Positions 36,721 through 46,204 of a DNA stretch of 64,000 nt are shown here, one piece after another. Below the pieces are notes generated by a model. The model ran no database searches. It was not told where the DNA came from and worked only from the letters and a program-made list of their open reading frames with translations. The DNA comes from Oscillibacter sp. (GTDB lineage: Bacteria > Bacillota > Clostridia > Oscillospirales > Oscillospiraceae), in NCBI GenBank assembly GCA_022795445.1, contig JAAWGR010000006.1, positions 4,425-68,424 on the forward strand, read 5' to 3'. The position numbers and the translations under genes were made by a program. Numbering within the stretch: position 1 is the stretch's first letter; every line of letters begins with the position of its first letter.

Positions 36721-37879
36721 GGAACGCAAGGACAAGTTAAAAACGGATGAGGAAGAGGAAGAACGCTATCACAGCGGCTTCTTGACGTTCTTTCTGACAC
36801 TGGCGGCAGTGCTGCTGGTAGTTCTCCTGGCGGCGTACCGGGATGGCACAGGCTTTGACGTGTTGCGAAGGTACCTGAACTATGGTGCCGCAGAGAAAGC
36901 GGAGGACGAAATCATTTACGATTATGATGCATCTGCGAAAAACCGTTACGCGGTGTTGGGAGAGAACCTGTTGGTGCTTTCGGATACCTCCTTCAGCCTG
37001 CTGGATAAACACGGCGGCGAGATTTGGAAGGTAACGGTCAACATGTCTGCCCCAGCGCTGAGCTGCGGCGGCGGACGGGCCGTTGCATACGATGTAGGCG
37101 GTACGACGCTGTACCTTGCGGATGAAAGCGGGATAATCTGGGAGCTTTCTGCCGCAGAAGACGAACCGTTCATTGCTGCATCCCTGAATGAGGACCGTTA
37201 TCTTGCCATCACGTCGGAGAAGAAAGGATTCAAAGGCAGCGTCAGCGTTTACAACAATAAACTTTCTCTGGCATATGTATTTGACTCTTCCCGGCGCTTT
37301 GTTCTGGATGCCTGCGTTGTCAACAACACGCTGGCAGTTGTGACGCTGGGACAGGAGAATGGTGTATTTGTCAGCAATGTGGTACTGTACCACATGCCGG
37401 CGGAAGAGTCTGCAGCGGACTACAACATTTCTGGCGGGCTGGTTTCCGCCATTGGGGAACAGGACCGGAAAATTGTCACAGTTTCCGATACTTGTCTGAC
37501 CTATGCCAGTATGGCTGGTGAAGTCCAGGCGACCTATACATATAAGGGTTCCTATCTCCGGGAATTTGCTTTGGAGGGGGATGGGTTCGCCGCGCTGCTG
37601 CTGAACCGTTACCGTTCCGGCAGTGTTGGACAGTTGGTGACGGTGGATAGCAGCGGCAAAGAACTTGGTTCTTTAGAGGTTCGGGAGGAGGTTTTGGATA
37701 TCTCTGCCTCTGGACGGTATCTGGCAGTGCTTTACAGCAATCATCTTGTGATTTATAATGATGACCTGCAGGCCTATGCGACGCTTCAAGAAACGGACTA
37801 TGCTAGAGAGGTGCTGATGCGTTCTGATGGGTCCGCGTTGCTGTTGTCATCTGAGTCGGCAAGCTTGTATTTGCCATAA
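36713..37879 (+). CDS. Membrane-anchored repeat protein of unknown function (DUF5711-like, probably beta-propeller)
   Basis: 388 aa with a charged N-terminus, one TM helix (FLTFFLTLAAVLLVVLLAAY), then repetitive beta-rich segments. The DUF label is from memory and unverified. Confidence 0.5.
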   Translation: MGEERKDKLKTDEEEEERYHSGFLTFFLTLAAVLLVVLLAAYRDGTGFDVLRRYLNYGAAEKAEDEIIYDYDASAKNRYAVLGENLLVLSDTSFSLLDKHGGEIWKVTVNMSAPALSCGGGRAVAYDVGGTTLYLADESGIIWELSAAEDEPFIAASLNEDRYLAITSEKKGFKGSVSVYNNKLSLAYVFDSSRRFVLDACVVNNTLAVVTLGQENGVFVSNVVLYHMPAEESAADYNISGGLVSAIGEQDRKIVTVSDTCLTYASMAGEVQATYTYKGSYLREFALEGDGFAALLLNRYRSGSVGQLVTVDSSGKELGSLEVREEVLDISASGRYLAVLYSNHLVIYNDDLQAYATLQETDYAREVLMRSDGSALLLSSESASLYLP

Positions 37880-37947
37880 ATTTGCCGTAAATGTGAAAAA
37901 TTTATGCTGTGTTCACAAAACGTTTACACAGAGGGAGGTAGGAAACT

Positions 37948-38667
37948 TTGCAGACACCTGTTATAATAGACCTGATTGCGGTGGCTGTGCTGATCGGCTT
38001 CACCTGGTTCGGCGCGACGAAAGGCCTCATCCGGGCTCTGGCCGGACTGGCCGCCGCGGTAGTCTCTCTTGCAGGCGCAAATATGATCGCGACTGCTCTC
38101 ACGGATCAGGCAATAAAAGTAGCCGCGCCAATGATCGAAAATCAAATCGAAATCCGTTTGGATGAAGCTATCCAACATGGTATACCTGGGCAGATGCCAG
38201 GTAACCCTTTGGATGAGCTGGACCTTCCGGTGGATGAACTGCTGGACCTGCTGGGCTTGGATAAACAGGTGCGGGGTTCCCTGGCAGACCGGGCGACGGA
38301 CGCTGTGCGGGATGCGGGCGTTTCGGCTGCCTCCGCTGTGGTGGAGAGTATGGCATATTCCGTACTGCATGGTATTCTGTATTTTCTGTCCTTCCTGGCG
38401 TTACGGGTCGGCTTCCAGTTCCTGATCCGAACGCTGAAGATGCTCACGAAGCTGCCAGGCCTGCATGGCCTCAACACATGGGGCGGCGGATTACTGGGGT
38501 TTGCGGAAGGCGCTTTACTTCTGTTTGCGGCAGCGTGGATTTTACAGCAGCTGGGCGTATCCTTGACATCGGGAGAGCATGGACGTGTGCTCGCATTTTT
38601 CGCAGCACATTCGCCAATCAGTGCCTTATCTGAATTTATGCGTTACATTCAGCTCAAAAAGTTGTGA
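37948..38667 (+). CDS. cvpA: CvpA family membrane protein
   Basis: TTG start preceded by GAGGGAGG. N-terminal TM pair (VIIDLIAVAVLIGFTWFGATKGLIRAL) and C-terminal TM helices match the CvpA architecture. Confidence 0.7.
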   Translation: MQTPVIIDLIAVAVLIGFTWFGATKGLIRALAGLAAAVVSLAGANMIATALTDQAIKVAAPMIENQIEIRLDEAIQHGIPGQMPGNPLDELDLPVDELLDLLGLDKQVRGSLADRATDAVRDAGVSAASAVVESMAYSVLHGILYFLSFLALRVGFQFLIRTLKMLTKLPGLHGLNTWGGGLLGFAEGALLLFAAAWILQQLGVSLTSGEHGRVLAFFAAHSPISALSEFMRYIQLKKL

Positions 38668-38770
38668 GTTCTTTCATGGCGGAGCTTGATTTCCTCCGTT
38701 CCGACGGAGGAGCCTCCTGACGGAGGCGTCATTTCTATTAGAGCGCCCAAGGGCGCGTGGAGGTCACATT

Positions 38771-41101
38771 ATGCAGCCGACACTATGTTCAAAATGTAAG
38801 AAAAACGTCGCAGTCGTCTTTATTTCCAAGATGGACGGTGAGAAGACCATCAATGAGGGTTTGTGCCTCAAGTGCGCAAAGGAGCTTGGATTGCCCCAAG
38901 TGGACGATATGATGAAGCGGATGGGTATTTCCGATGAGGATTTAGAGACGCTCAACAGCGAAATGATGCAGGCCATGAATGGCGTGGAAAACATCGAAGA
39001 CCTACCCGGCGGCGATGACGACAGCGAGCCGGAAGAGGAGGGCAAAACGGCGACGTTCCCTTTCCTGAATCGCCTGTTTTCCAGTGGGGACAGTTCTTCC
39101 CCCAAGGGCGAAGGCGAGAGCCGGGAGCGTCGGGAAAAAGATCGTAAGGAACCAAAAAATGGAAAGCGCAAATATCTGGAAAACTACTGCCTCTCTTTGA
39201 GCCAGAAGGCCAAGGATGGCAAGCTGGACCCGGTAATCGGCCGGTCGCAGGAAATTGAGCGTGTAGTGCAGATCCTGAACCGGCGGCAGAAGAACAATCC
39301 CTGCCTGATCGGTGAGCCTGGCGTGGGCAAAACCGCTATTGCAGAAGGTTTGGCCCAGAGAATCGCCGATGGTGACGTCCCTTTCAAGCTGCTGGAAAAG
39401 GAAGTGTATCTTCTGGATTTGACCGCCCTGGTGGCAGGGACCCAATTCCGCGGCCAGTTTGAGAGCCGGATGAAAGGCCTGATCGACGAAGTGAAGCGAT
39501 TGGGCAACATCATTTTGATGATTGATGAAGTACACAACATCGCTGGGGCTGGCGATGCTGAGGGCAGCATGAATGCCGCTAATATCCTCAAGCCTGCCCT
39601 ATCTCGGGGTGAAATCCAGGTGATTGGCGCGACAACCTTTAACGAGTACCGCAAGTCCATCGAGAAAGACAGTGCCTTGGAACGCCGCTTCCAGCCCGTC
39701 ACCGTCAACGAGCCTTCTATCGAAGATTCCTTCAAAATCCTGGAAGGCCTTGCACCAAACTATGAGAAGTACCACGGCGTACAGCTCTCCGAGGGGATTT
39801 TGCGGCAGGCAGTGCTTTTGAGCGAACGGTACATCACGGACCGTTTCCTGCCGGATAAGGCCATTGACCTGATTGATGAGGCGTGTTCGGATTTGAATTT
39901 GAAAGACCCAGATATCTCCCGGCGGATGAAAATTCGGCGGGAACTGGATGATTACGCCAAGGAGCGAACCATGTTGGAAGAGAAGACCGAGGAGCCGGAT
40001 TACGAACGGCTTGCGGTTTTGAAAAGCAAAGAGCTACAGCTCAATACCGAGCTTCAAGAGCTGGATAAAAAGGGCGCGCCGCAGCTCTCCATGGAAAATC
40101 TGGCGCATGTCATTGAGCTGTGGACTAAAATCCCCGCATCGCGTATCCGCGAGCAGGAGTTCCAGCGTCTTTCCCAGCTGGAAGAACGCTTGAAAGAACA
40201 TATCATTGGCCAAGACGAGGCGATTGCGTCTGTGTCGGCCGCCGTAAGGCGGAACCGGGTGGGCATCTCTCCGAAACACAAGCCGGTAAGTTTTATCTTT
40301 GTCGGTTCCACCGGTGTGGGCAAAACAGAGCTTGTGAAACAGCTGGCATGCGACCTGTTCAATACGCCGGACGCGTTGATCCGGCTGGACATGTCGGAAT
40401 TCATGGAAAAGCACTCTGTTTCCCGAATTGTCGGTTCACCTCCGGGCTATATCGGTTACGACGAGGCGGGCCAGCTGACGGAGAAAATTCGCCGGAAGCC
40501 CTATGCGGTGGTGCTGTTTGACGAGATCGAAAAAGCCCACCCTGACGTGCTGAACGTTTTGCTGCAAATCCTGGATGACGGTGAAATTACCGACGCGCAT
40601 GGACGGAAAGTGAACTTTGAAAATACCATCATTGTTATGACCTCCAATGCGGGTAGCGCGACGAAAGAGGGAACGGTGGGCTTCGACCGTTCTTTGAGCC
40701 AGCAGGACAGCGAAAAGGCTATGAAAGCCTTGCAGCAGTTCCTGCGGCCGGAATTCATCAATCGCGTAGACGCTGTAATTACCTTCAACCGCCTGAGCGA
40801 AGAAAACTTCCAGGGAATCGCCCGCATCATGCTGGGCGAGCTGACGGATTCTCTGCGGGAGAAGGGGATTGCGTTTACCTACGACAATACGCTGGTGGAT
40901 TTCCTGACAGAAAAGTCCTACTCGCGGACCTATGGCGCCCGGAACCTGCGGCGAACCATCCAGAAGGAATTGGAGGATCCCATGGCGACGAAGATCATCA
41001 ACAGCTACGAAGACCCTATCACGCGGATTCGTGCGTCGGCAGAGAATGGAAAAATTCTTCTTGAAGACGGATTAAGCCTGGCGAAGACAACTTGTGAATA
41101 A
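38771..41101 (+). CDS. Clp/Hsp100 AAA+ unfoldase, ClpC-like, with N-terminal C4 zinc ribbon
   Basis: Two AAA+ modules (GEPGVGKTAI and GSTGVGKTEL), a short coiled-coil M-domain and a VGF ClpP-docking tripeptide. The N-terminus is CSKCKK...CLKCAKE plus an acidic linker instead of the usual Clp_N repeats. Confidence 0.85.
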   Translation: MQPTLCSKCKKNVAVVFISKMDGEKTINEGLCLKCAKELGLPQVDDMMKRMGISDEDLETLNSEMMQAMNGVENIEDLPGGDDDSEPEEEGKTATFPFLNRLFSSGDSSSPKGEGESRERREKDRKEPKNGKRKYLENYCLSLSQKAKDGKLDPVIGRSQEIERVVQILNRRQKNNPCLIGEPGVGKTAIAEGLAQRIADGDVPFKLLEKEVYLLDLTALVAGTQFRGQFESRMKGLIDEVKRLGNIILMIDEVHNIAGAGDAEGSMNAANILKPALSRGEIQVIGATTFNEYRKSIEKDSALERRFQPVTVNEPSIEDSFKILEGLAPNYEKYHGVQLSEGILRQAVLLSERYITDRFLPDKAIDLIDEACSDLNLKDPDISRRMKIRRELDDYAKERTMLEEKTEEPDYERLAVLKSKELQLNTELQELDKKGAPQLSMENLAHVIELWTKIPASRIREQEFQRLSQLEERLKEHIIGQDEAIASVSAAVRRNRVGISPKHKPVSFIFVGSTGVGKTELVKQLACDLFNTPDALIRLDMSEFMEKHSVSRIVGSPPGYIGYDEAGQLTEKIRRKPYAVVLFDEIEKAHPDVLNVLLQILDDGEITDAHGRKVNFENTIIVMTSNAGSATKEGTVGFDRSLSQQDSEKAMKALQQFLRPEFINRVDAVITFNRLSEENFQGIARIMLGELTDSLREKGIAFTYDNTLVDFLTEKSYSRTYGARNLRRTIQKELEDPMATKIINSYEDPITRIRASAENGKILLEDGLSLAKTTCE

Positions 41102-41127
41102 ACATCTGCGGCAGAGGAGGAGAGAGG

Positions 41128-41337
41128 ATGCTTTTCCGGAAAGATATCGACCCCCGGTGCGCGTACTGCAAACGGGGGCAGCAACTCAATGAGCGGGAAG
41201 TTGCCTGTGTGAAACGGGGCGTCGTACCGGTGGAGCATCACTGCCGCTCCTTCCAGTATGACCCTTTGAAGCGGGTCCCGCCGCGCCCAGCAGCGCTGGA
41301 TACACGGCGGCTGAATGAGGCGGATTTCTCCCTGTGA
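41128..41337 (+). CDS. Small Cys/His-containing protein of unknown function
   Basis: 69 aa with a strong RBS (AGAGGAGGAGAGAGG). Contains CAYC...C...HHC, a possible zinc-binding arrangement. Confidence 0.55.
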   Translation: MLFRKDIDPRCAYCKRGQQLNEREVACVKRGVVPVEHHCRSFQYDPLKRVPPRPAALDTRRLNEADFSL

Positions 41338-41359
41338 CCGCTGGAAAGGATGTGGTCAG

Positions 41360-42178
41360 ATGGAACTGAAAACAGTACAGGCGCTGTATTACAGTGCAAC
41401 TGGCGTCACGGACCGGGTTGTACATACGCTAGCAGAAGTGTTGGCACAGGAGTTGGGGCTTTCCTTAATCTGCTATGGATTCACTAAGCCTGCAGAGCGT
41501 GCGGCAAAGTTTGTGTTTGGCCCCGAAGACTTAGTAGTCGTTGGATCACCAACTTACGCAGGGAAACTTCCCAATAAAATTCTGCCGGATTTTCAGCGGC
41601 TGCAAGGCAGCGGAGCATTGGCTGTGCCAGTCGTAACATTCGGTAACCGCGCTTACGACAACTCCCTCGCGGAGCTTTGCACCATGCTGGAGACAGGCGG
41701 TTTCCATACTGTAGCAGCAGGTGCGTTTGTGGGACGCCATGCATTTACCGATGCATTGGGTGAGGGCCGTCCAGATTTCGACGACCGGCGAAAATTGGAG
41801 TTGTTTGCGCGGGACATCGCTGGAAAAATCCGCCGATTAACAGAAATTCCGCCTATGGTGCGGGTTCCAGGAAATGCGGATGCACCGTATTACATTCCCA
41901 AAGGTTTGGATGGGGAACCAGTGCAGTTCCTCAAGGCAAAGCCACAGACGGATTTATCAAAGTGCTGCAACTGCGGCGCTTGCGCACGGTTGTGCCCTAT
42001 GGGAGCAATCAACCCAGAGAACGTCGCAGAGACGCCAGGGACCTGCATCAAGTGCCAGCGGTGCGTGCGAAAATGTACACACCATGCAAAATATTTCGAT
42101 GATCCAGCTTTTTTATCCCATATTGAAATGTTGGAAGCAAATTTTCAAGAGCGGAAAGAAAACGAAGTTTTCTTTTGA
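41360..42178 (+). CDS. Flavodoxin-like domain fused to 2x[4Fe-4S] ferredoxin domain
   Basis: The N-terminus is flavodoxin-like (ALYYSATGVTDRV...VVGSPTYAGKLP). The C-terminus carries CCNCGACARLCP and CIKCQRCVRKC clusters. Confidence 0.75.
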   Translation: MELKTVQALYYSATGVTDRVVHTLAEVLAQELGLSLICYGFTKPAERAAKFVFGPEDLVVVGSPTYAGKLPNKILPDFQRLQGSGALAVPVVTFGNRAYDNSLAELCTMLETGGFHTVAAGAFVGRHAFTDALGEGRPDFDDRRKLELFARDIAGKIRRLTEIPPMVRVPGNADAPYYIPKGLDGEPVQFLKAKPQTDLSKCCNCGACARLCPMGAINPENVAETPGTCIKCQRCVRKCTHHAKYFDDPAFLSHIEMLEANFQERKENEVFF

Positions 42179-42197
42179 TGGCGGAGTCTCTAAAAAA

Positions 42198-42228
42198 GCG
42201 GGAACCCATCAAGGGTTCCCGCTTTTTT
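42198..42228. terminator. Bidirectional terminator
   Basis: 10-bp stem GCGGGAACCC-ATCAA-GGGTTCCCGC, flanked by A6 upstream and T6 downstream. Confidence 0.8.
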
Positions 42229-42259
42229 CCTAGCAACATTGTGCAAAATGATTCAAATG

Positions 42260-43126
42260 TTATAGTCCTCCCAAACCGTCCGGACCTTTCCAGCCGCCAT
42301 AACCGCCGTAGCCGTCATCCTCAGGCGGGGGGACGTTGGTTCCAATGCGGGAAGTACGTTTTGCAGTTTCAAAGTAGGCAAGGTCGACACAGCGGAACTG
42401 CGGGAGGTAAAACATAGCAACCACGAGGGACCAAAGGCCCTGGAAGATTACCCAGACAATACCGGGAATTCCCAAATATAGCGTAACAGTGGAGGGGCCG
42501 AGGAGTCCAGCGTAATTGACAGCTGCGTCCACGGAAGCTTGGAATGCATAATGGCCGGAGATATAGCCGTTCAAGATGATGGTGGGGAGGCTGGAGAGGA
42601 TATTCCAGCCCCAGTAGGTAAGGTCCAGCAGAAAGAGCTGGCTCTTGTAACCGTAGGTCTGCTGTTTGCTCATTCTGATTGCTTCCATGATACCAAGGTC
42701 CGGATTTTCGAGGAGGTTATACTCCGCGAAGCGGTAGCGGTAGGAGGCGATAATGCCGGGGATGACGAAGAGCATAGACCAGAGAAGAATGAAAAAGGAG
42801 GTAACGATATCCAAGGCGATGAGCTTACCAACCATAGAAAAGCCGTCAAAAACGGTAAGGAATTCGGCGTGTTCTCCTCGACGGATGGCCATGAAGTAGA
42901 GGGTGAGACCTGCTTTTAAGACAATGGCGAGGAGCATACAGAGGATGGAGATGAAAACTGCGACGAAGGAGCCAAGTATACTGTTGAAATCGAAAGCATT
43001 GATGATGTCGAGCACCAAGACAAGGAGGAGGTAGAACGCGGTCATTTGCCGCGGCGGCACTTGCGCTTCACGCAGAAGTGCGGCTGCCTCCCATTTTTTC
43101 TGTTGTCTGTTAATCTGTTCAGCCAT
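42260..43126 (-). CDS. DUF975-like integral membrane protein with Gly/Tyr/Pro-rich C-terminal tail
   Basis: About 288 aa from ATG 43126 (RBS AGGAGG), with multiple TM helices and the tail PPPEDDGYGGYGGWKGPDGLGGL. The DUF label is from memory. Confidence 0.6.
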   Translation of the reverse strand: MAEQINRQQKKWEAAALLREAQVPPRQMTAFYLLLVLVLDIINAFDFNSILGSFVAVFISILCMLLAIVLKAGLTLYFMAIRRGEHAEFLTVFDGFSMVGKLIALDIVTSFFILLWSMLFVIPGIIASYRYRFAEYNLLENPDLGIMEAIRMSKQQTYGYKSQLFLLDLTYWGWNILSSLPTIILNGYISGHYAFQASVDAAVNYAGLLGPSTVTLYLGIPGIVWVIFQGLWSLVVAMFYLPQFRCVDLAYFETAKRTSRIGTNVPPPEDDGYGGYGGWKGPDGLGGL

Positions 43127-43210
43127 GTGGCAAAACCTCCTAAATTTTCTAAACAGGAGATATGGAATCGGAGATGCTGGATTAAGATATTTTACCACAT
43201 TTGGGCTGGG

Positions 43211-43530
43211 TTGACAAGAGCGGAAATCGTTTGTGGTGTTGACGCTGGATTGTCTATTATGCTGGGAATTTTGTTCTTAAATGGAAAAGGTTCCTTTTTG
43301 ATTGCTGGATATAATACCGCTTCGAAAGCTGAAAAAGAGACCATTGACGAGAGGAAGCTGTGTAACTATGTGGGGAAACTGATGTTTTAATCGCGGGCTG
43401 TTTCCTGATCCTCATGGCAAGTGATATCTTCCATAAAATGTGGATTCTGTGGTTGGGGCTTGCATTATTTTTCATTGTAGGCATTGGTGGTGTGATTTAT
43501 CTGAATACCGGGAACCGAATCAAAAAATAA
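43211..43530 (+). pseudogene. DUF3784-like small membrane protein, interrupted by a 1-nt frameshift in a T-run
   Basis: Frame 1 gives ..MLGILFLNGKGSFLIAGYNTASKAEKETIDERKLCNYVGKLMF*. The +2 frame (equivalent to -1) continues LIAGCFLILMASDIFHKMWILWLGLALFFIVGIGGVIYLNTGNRIKK*. One extra T in the TTTT run at 43384-43387 would join the two. The start codon is uncertain (TTG 43211 or ATG 43259). Confidence 0.55.
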
Positions 43531-43781
43531 GTTCAAGATCCAAGGCCGCTATCCATCGTGGACAGCGGCCCTTTCCTATCCCCATGGAAAAATCAAGAAG
43601 CGATCAAAGAAATGCAAAAAAAAGCAATTTTTCCTGAAAAACCATCGTTCATAGTCTGGACATTTTTCAAAGAAGGGTGTAAAATAAGGACAACATGTGA
43701 TAGTGTCGCCAGAATCGAAATTTCCGATTTCACCGGAGAATAGCGTTCTGGCTGCTGTCAGGAGTAAAATGAGGTGAAATA

Positions 43782-45167
43782 ATGGCACAAGCGTTCTTCG
43801 GCGGCGTTCATCCCCATGACATGAAAGCCGCAACCAATGAGAAGGCCATCGAGCAGCTGGCGCCGCCGGCTGAGGTGGTCATTCCTATGTCCATGCACTT
43901 CGGCGCACCGTGTACCCCTCTGGTCAAAGCTGGCGACCTGGTGAAGGTTGGCCAGAAGATCGGCGAGTTCCGGGGTCTTGGCGCTCCGATCCACGCCAGC
44001 GTTTCCGGCAAGGTGAAGGCGGTGGAGCCGCGGCCCTATTCTATGGGCGGCAACATCACGTCCATTGTCATTGAAAACGATTTTCAAGATACCGTCAGCG
44101 AGGAAGTTCAGGCGCCTGCAAACCCAGACGCCCTGACCATCGACGAGATGGTAGAGATCGTGAAAAACGCTGGTATCGTCGGCATGGGCGGTGCAACCTT
44201 CCCCACTCATGTCAAGATTTCCGGCGGCATTGGTAAAGTAGATACCGTAATCATCAACGGTGCAGAGTGCGAACCATACATTACTGGTGACCACCGTGCG
44301 ATGTTGGAACGGTCGGAAGAAATCATCGGCGGTGCTACATATCTTGCCAAGATGTTCGGTGTGGAGAAAGTCGTCATCGGTGTTGAGGTCAACAAGCAGA
44401 ACGGCATCGACCAGATGAACAAAACGATTGCTGAAAAACATGCTCCTGTCGTGGTGGAGGGTTTGCGGTGCCGCTACCCTCAGGGCGGTGAAAAACAGCT
44501 CTGCCAGGCGATCACCGGTAAGCAGGTGCCCCCCGGCGGGCTGCCCAGCAATATCGGCTGCGCTGTGTTCAACATTAACACCACCATCGCCATCTACCAT
44601 GCGATCACAACCGGTATGCCTGTGGTGAAAAAAGTTGTTACAGTGTCTGGCTCTGGCATCATCGAACCTAAAAACCTGGAATGCCCCATCGGTACTCCCG
44701 TTTCCTGCCTGTTTGACGCCTGCGGCGGTCTGAAGGACGGCACTTATAAAATCATTGCCGGTGGTCCCATGATGGGTATGGCCCAGTATACTGCTGATAT
44801 TCCCGTTGCCAAGGGCACTGGCGCCATTCTGGCTTTCTGTGAGAAAGAAGAGCAGACCGTTGAGCATCCCCAGTGCATCCGCTGCGGCAAGTGTGTCGCC
44901 GCCTGCCCAATGCACCTGGAGCCCCTGTTCCTGTACCAGTATGCCTCCAAGGGTATGGTCGATGAGCTGAATGACGCCCATATCATGGACTGTATGGAGT
45001 GCGGTGCGTGCGCGTACACCTGCCCCGCCCGGCTCCACTTGACCCATATGTTCAAAACTGGCAAGCAGTTAGTGAAAGACGCCGCTGCCAAGGCCAAAGC
45101 CGCTGAAGAGGCCAAAAAGGCCGCAGATGCGGCAAAGGATGAGAAGAAGGAGGTTGTCAACAAATGA
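43782..45167 (+). CDS. rnfC: Rnf electron transport complex subunit C
   Basis: NADH/FMN-binding region (GMGGATFPTHVK) and two 4Fe-4S motifs (CIRCGKCVAACP, CMECGACAYTCP), with a Lys/Ala-rich tail. Confidence 0.95.
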   Translation: MAQAFFGGVHPHDMKAATNEKAIEQLAPPAEVVIPMSMHFGAPCTPLVKAGDLVKVGQKIGEFRGLGAPIHASVSGKVKAVEPRPYSMGGNITSIVIENDFQDTVSEEVQAPANPDALTIDEMVEIVKNAGIVGMGGATFPTHVKISGGIGKVDTVIINGAECEPYITGDHRAMLERSEEIIGGATYLAKMFGVEKVVIGVEVNKQNGIDQMNKTIAEKHAPVVVEGLRCRYPQGGEKQLCQAITGKQVPPGGLPSNIGCAVFNINTTIAIYHAITTGMPVVKKVVTVSGSGIIEPKNLECPIGTPVSCLFDACGGLKDGTYKIIAGGPMMGMAQYTADIPVAKGTGAILAFCEKEEQTVEHPQCIRCGKCVAACPMHLEPLFLYQYASKGMVDELNDAHIMDCMECGACAYTCPARLHLTHMFKTGKQLVKDAAAKAKAAEEAKKAADAAKDEKKEVVNK

Positions 45168-46204
45168 CGGACTACAAAAATCTGAAGCTGATCGCCACTT
45201 CTTCCCCACATATCCGCGGCTCCGAGCGCACCCAGACCATTATGCTGGACGTGATTATCGCGATGCTGCCCGCGTTGGCGTTCGCTTGCTTCAACTTTGG
45301 TATCCGCGCTCTGACTGTAGTCATTGTATCTGTAGCGGGCTGCATGTTCTTCGAGTGGCTGTACCGCAAGCTTCTGAATAAACCCCAATCCGTGATGGAC
45401 CTCAGCAGCGCTGTAACCGGTATGCTGCTGGCTTTTGTCTGCCCTGTGCAGATTCCTTATTGGATGATCCTGATTGGCGACTTCTTCGCCATTGTTATTG
45501 TCAAGCAGCTTTTTGGCGGCATTGGCAAGAACTTTATCAACCCTGCCCTGGCAGGCCGCGCTATCCTGCTGGCCAGCTATGCCGGCACGATGACCAGTTG
45601 GGTTGACCCCGCCGCCGGCAAGGCCGCAATCCTCGGCTCGAACGTCGATGTAATCACCGCCGCAACTCCGCTCTCCTATATGTCTGGCCCCGACGCCGCG
45701 TCCATTGCTGCCAGCTTTGAGCAGCTCAAGGGCACTTACGATGTTACCCAGATGTTCCTGGGCCAGATTGGCGGTTCCCTGGGCGAGGTTTCCGCTCTGA
45801 TGCTGATCATCGGCGGCGTGTATCTGATCTGGCGCAAAGTCATCAATTGGCAAACTCCCGTTTGCTACATTGCCACTGTCGCTGTGTTAACCTTCCTGTT
45901 CCCCAGAGGCGGCACTGGCCTGGAGTGGATGCTGTACAGCATCTTTGGCGGCGGCCTGATGCTGGGTGCGTTCTTCATGGCGACCGACTATGCAACCTCT
46001 CCCGTCACCAAGAAGGGTCAGATTATCTTTGGTATCGGCTGTGGCCTGTTCACCGTGCTGATCCGGTACTTCGGTTCCTATAACGAGGGCGTCTGCTACT
46101 CGATCATGGTCATGAACCTGTTTGTGGCTCTGATCGACAAGTATACGAAGCCCACCCGCTTCGGCGTTGTGACATCGGATAAGAAGGAGGCGTCCGCAAA
46201 ATGA
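45164..46204 (+). CDS. rnfD: Rnf complex subunit D
   Basis: Polytopic NqrB/RnfD-type protein (SSPHIR... FMATDYATSP). Confidence 0.9.
   Translation: MTDYKNLKLIATSSPHIRGSERTQTIMLDVIIAMLPALAFACFNFGIRALTVVIVSVAGCMFFEWLYRKLLNKPQSVMDLSSAVTGMLLAFVCPVQIPYWMILIGDFFAIVIVKQLFGGIGKNFINPALAGRAILLASYAGTMTSWVDPAAGKAAILGSNVDVITAATPLSYMSGPDAASIAASFEQLKGTYDVTQMFLGQIGGSLGEVSALMLIIGGVYLIWRKVINWQTPVCYIATVAVLTFLFPRGGTGLEWMLYSIFGGGLMLGAFFMATDYATSPVTKKGQIIFGIGCGLFTVLIRYFGSYNEGVCYSIMVMNLFVALIDKYTKPTRFGVVTSDKKEASAK

Noticed and set aside
43758-45047. 429-aa ORF antisense to rnfC. Similar long antisense ORFs occur at 44744-45853 and 47182-48600 (opposite rnf genes), 21394-22296 (opposite glcK), 27276-28442 (opposite dnaE), 4971-6056 (opposite gdhA), 6388-7032 (opposite the ZIP gene), 24348-25115 (opposite yvcK), and 2193-3209 and 3312-4349 (opposite dnaG).
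   Set aside because: All lie opposite genes with unmistakable conserved motifs. Their translations are low-complexity (rich in R/A/G/P/H), and they lack RBS signals and recognisable motifs. They are typical shadow ORFs of GC-rich coding DNA.
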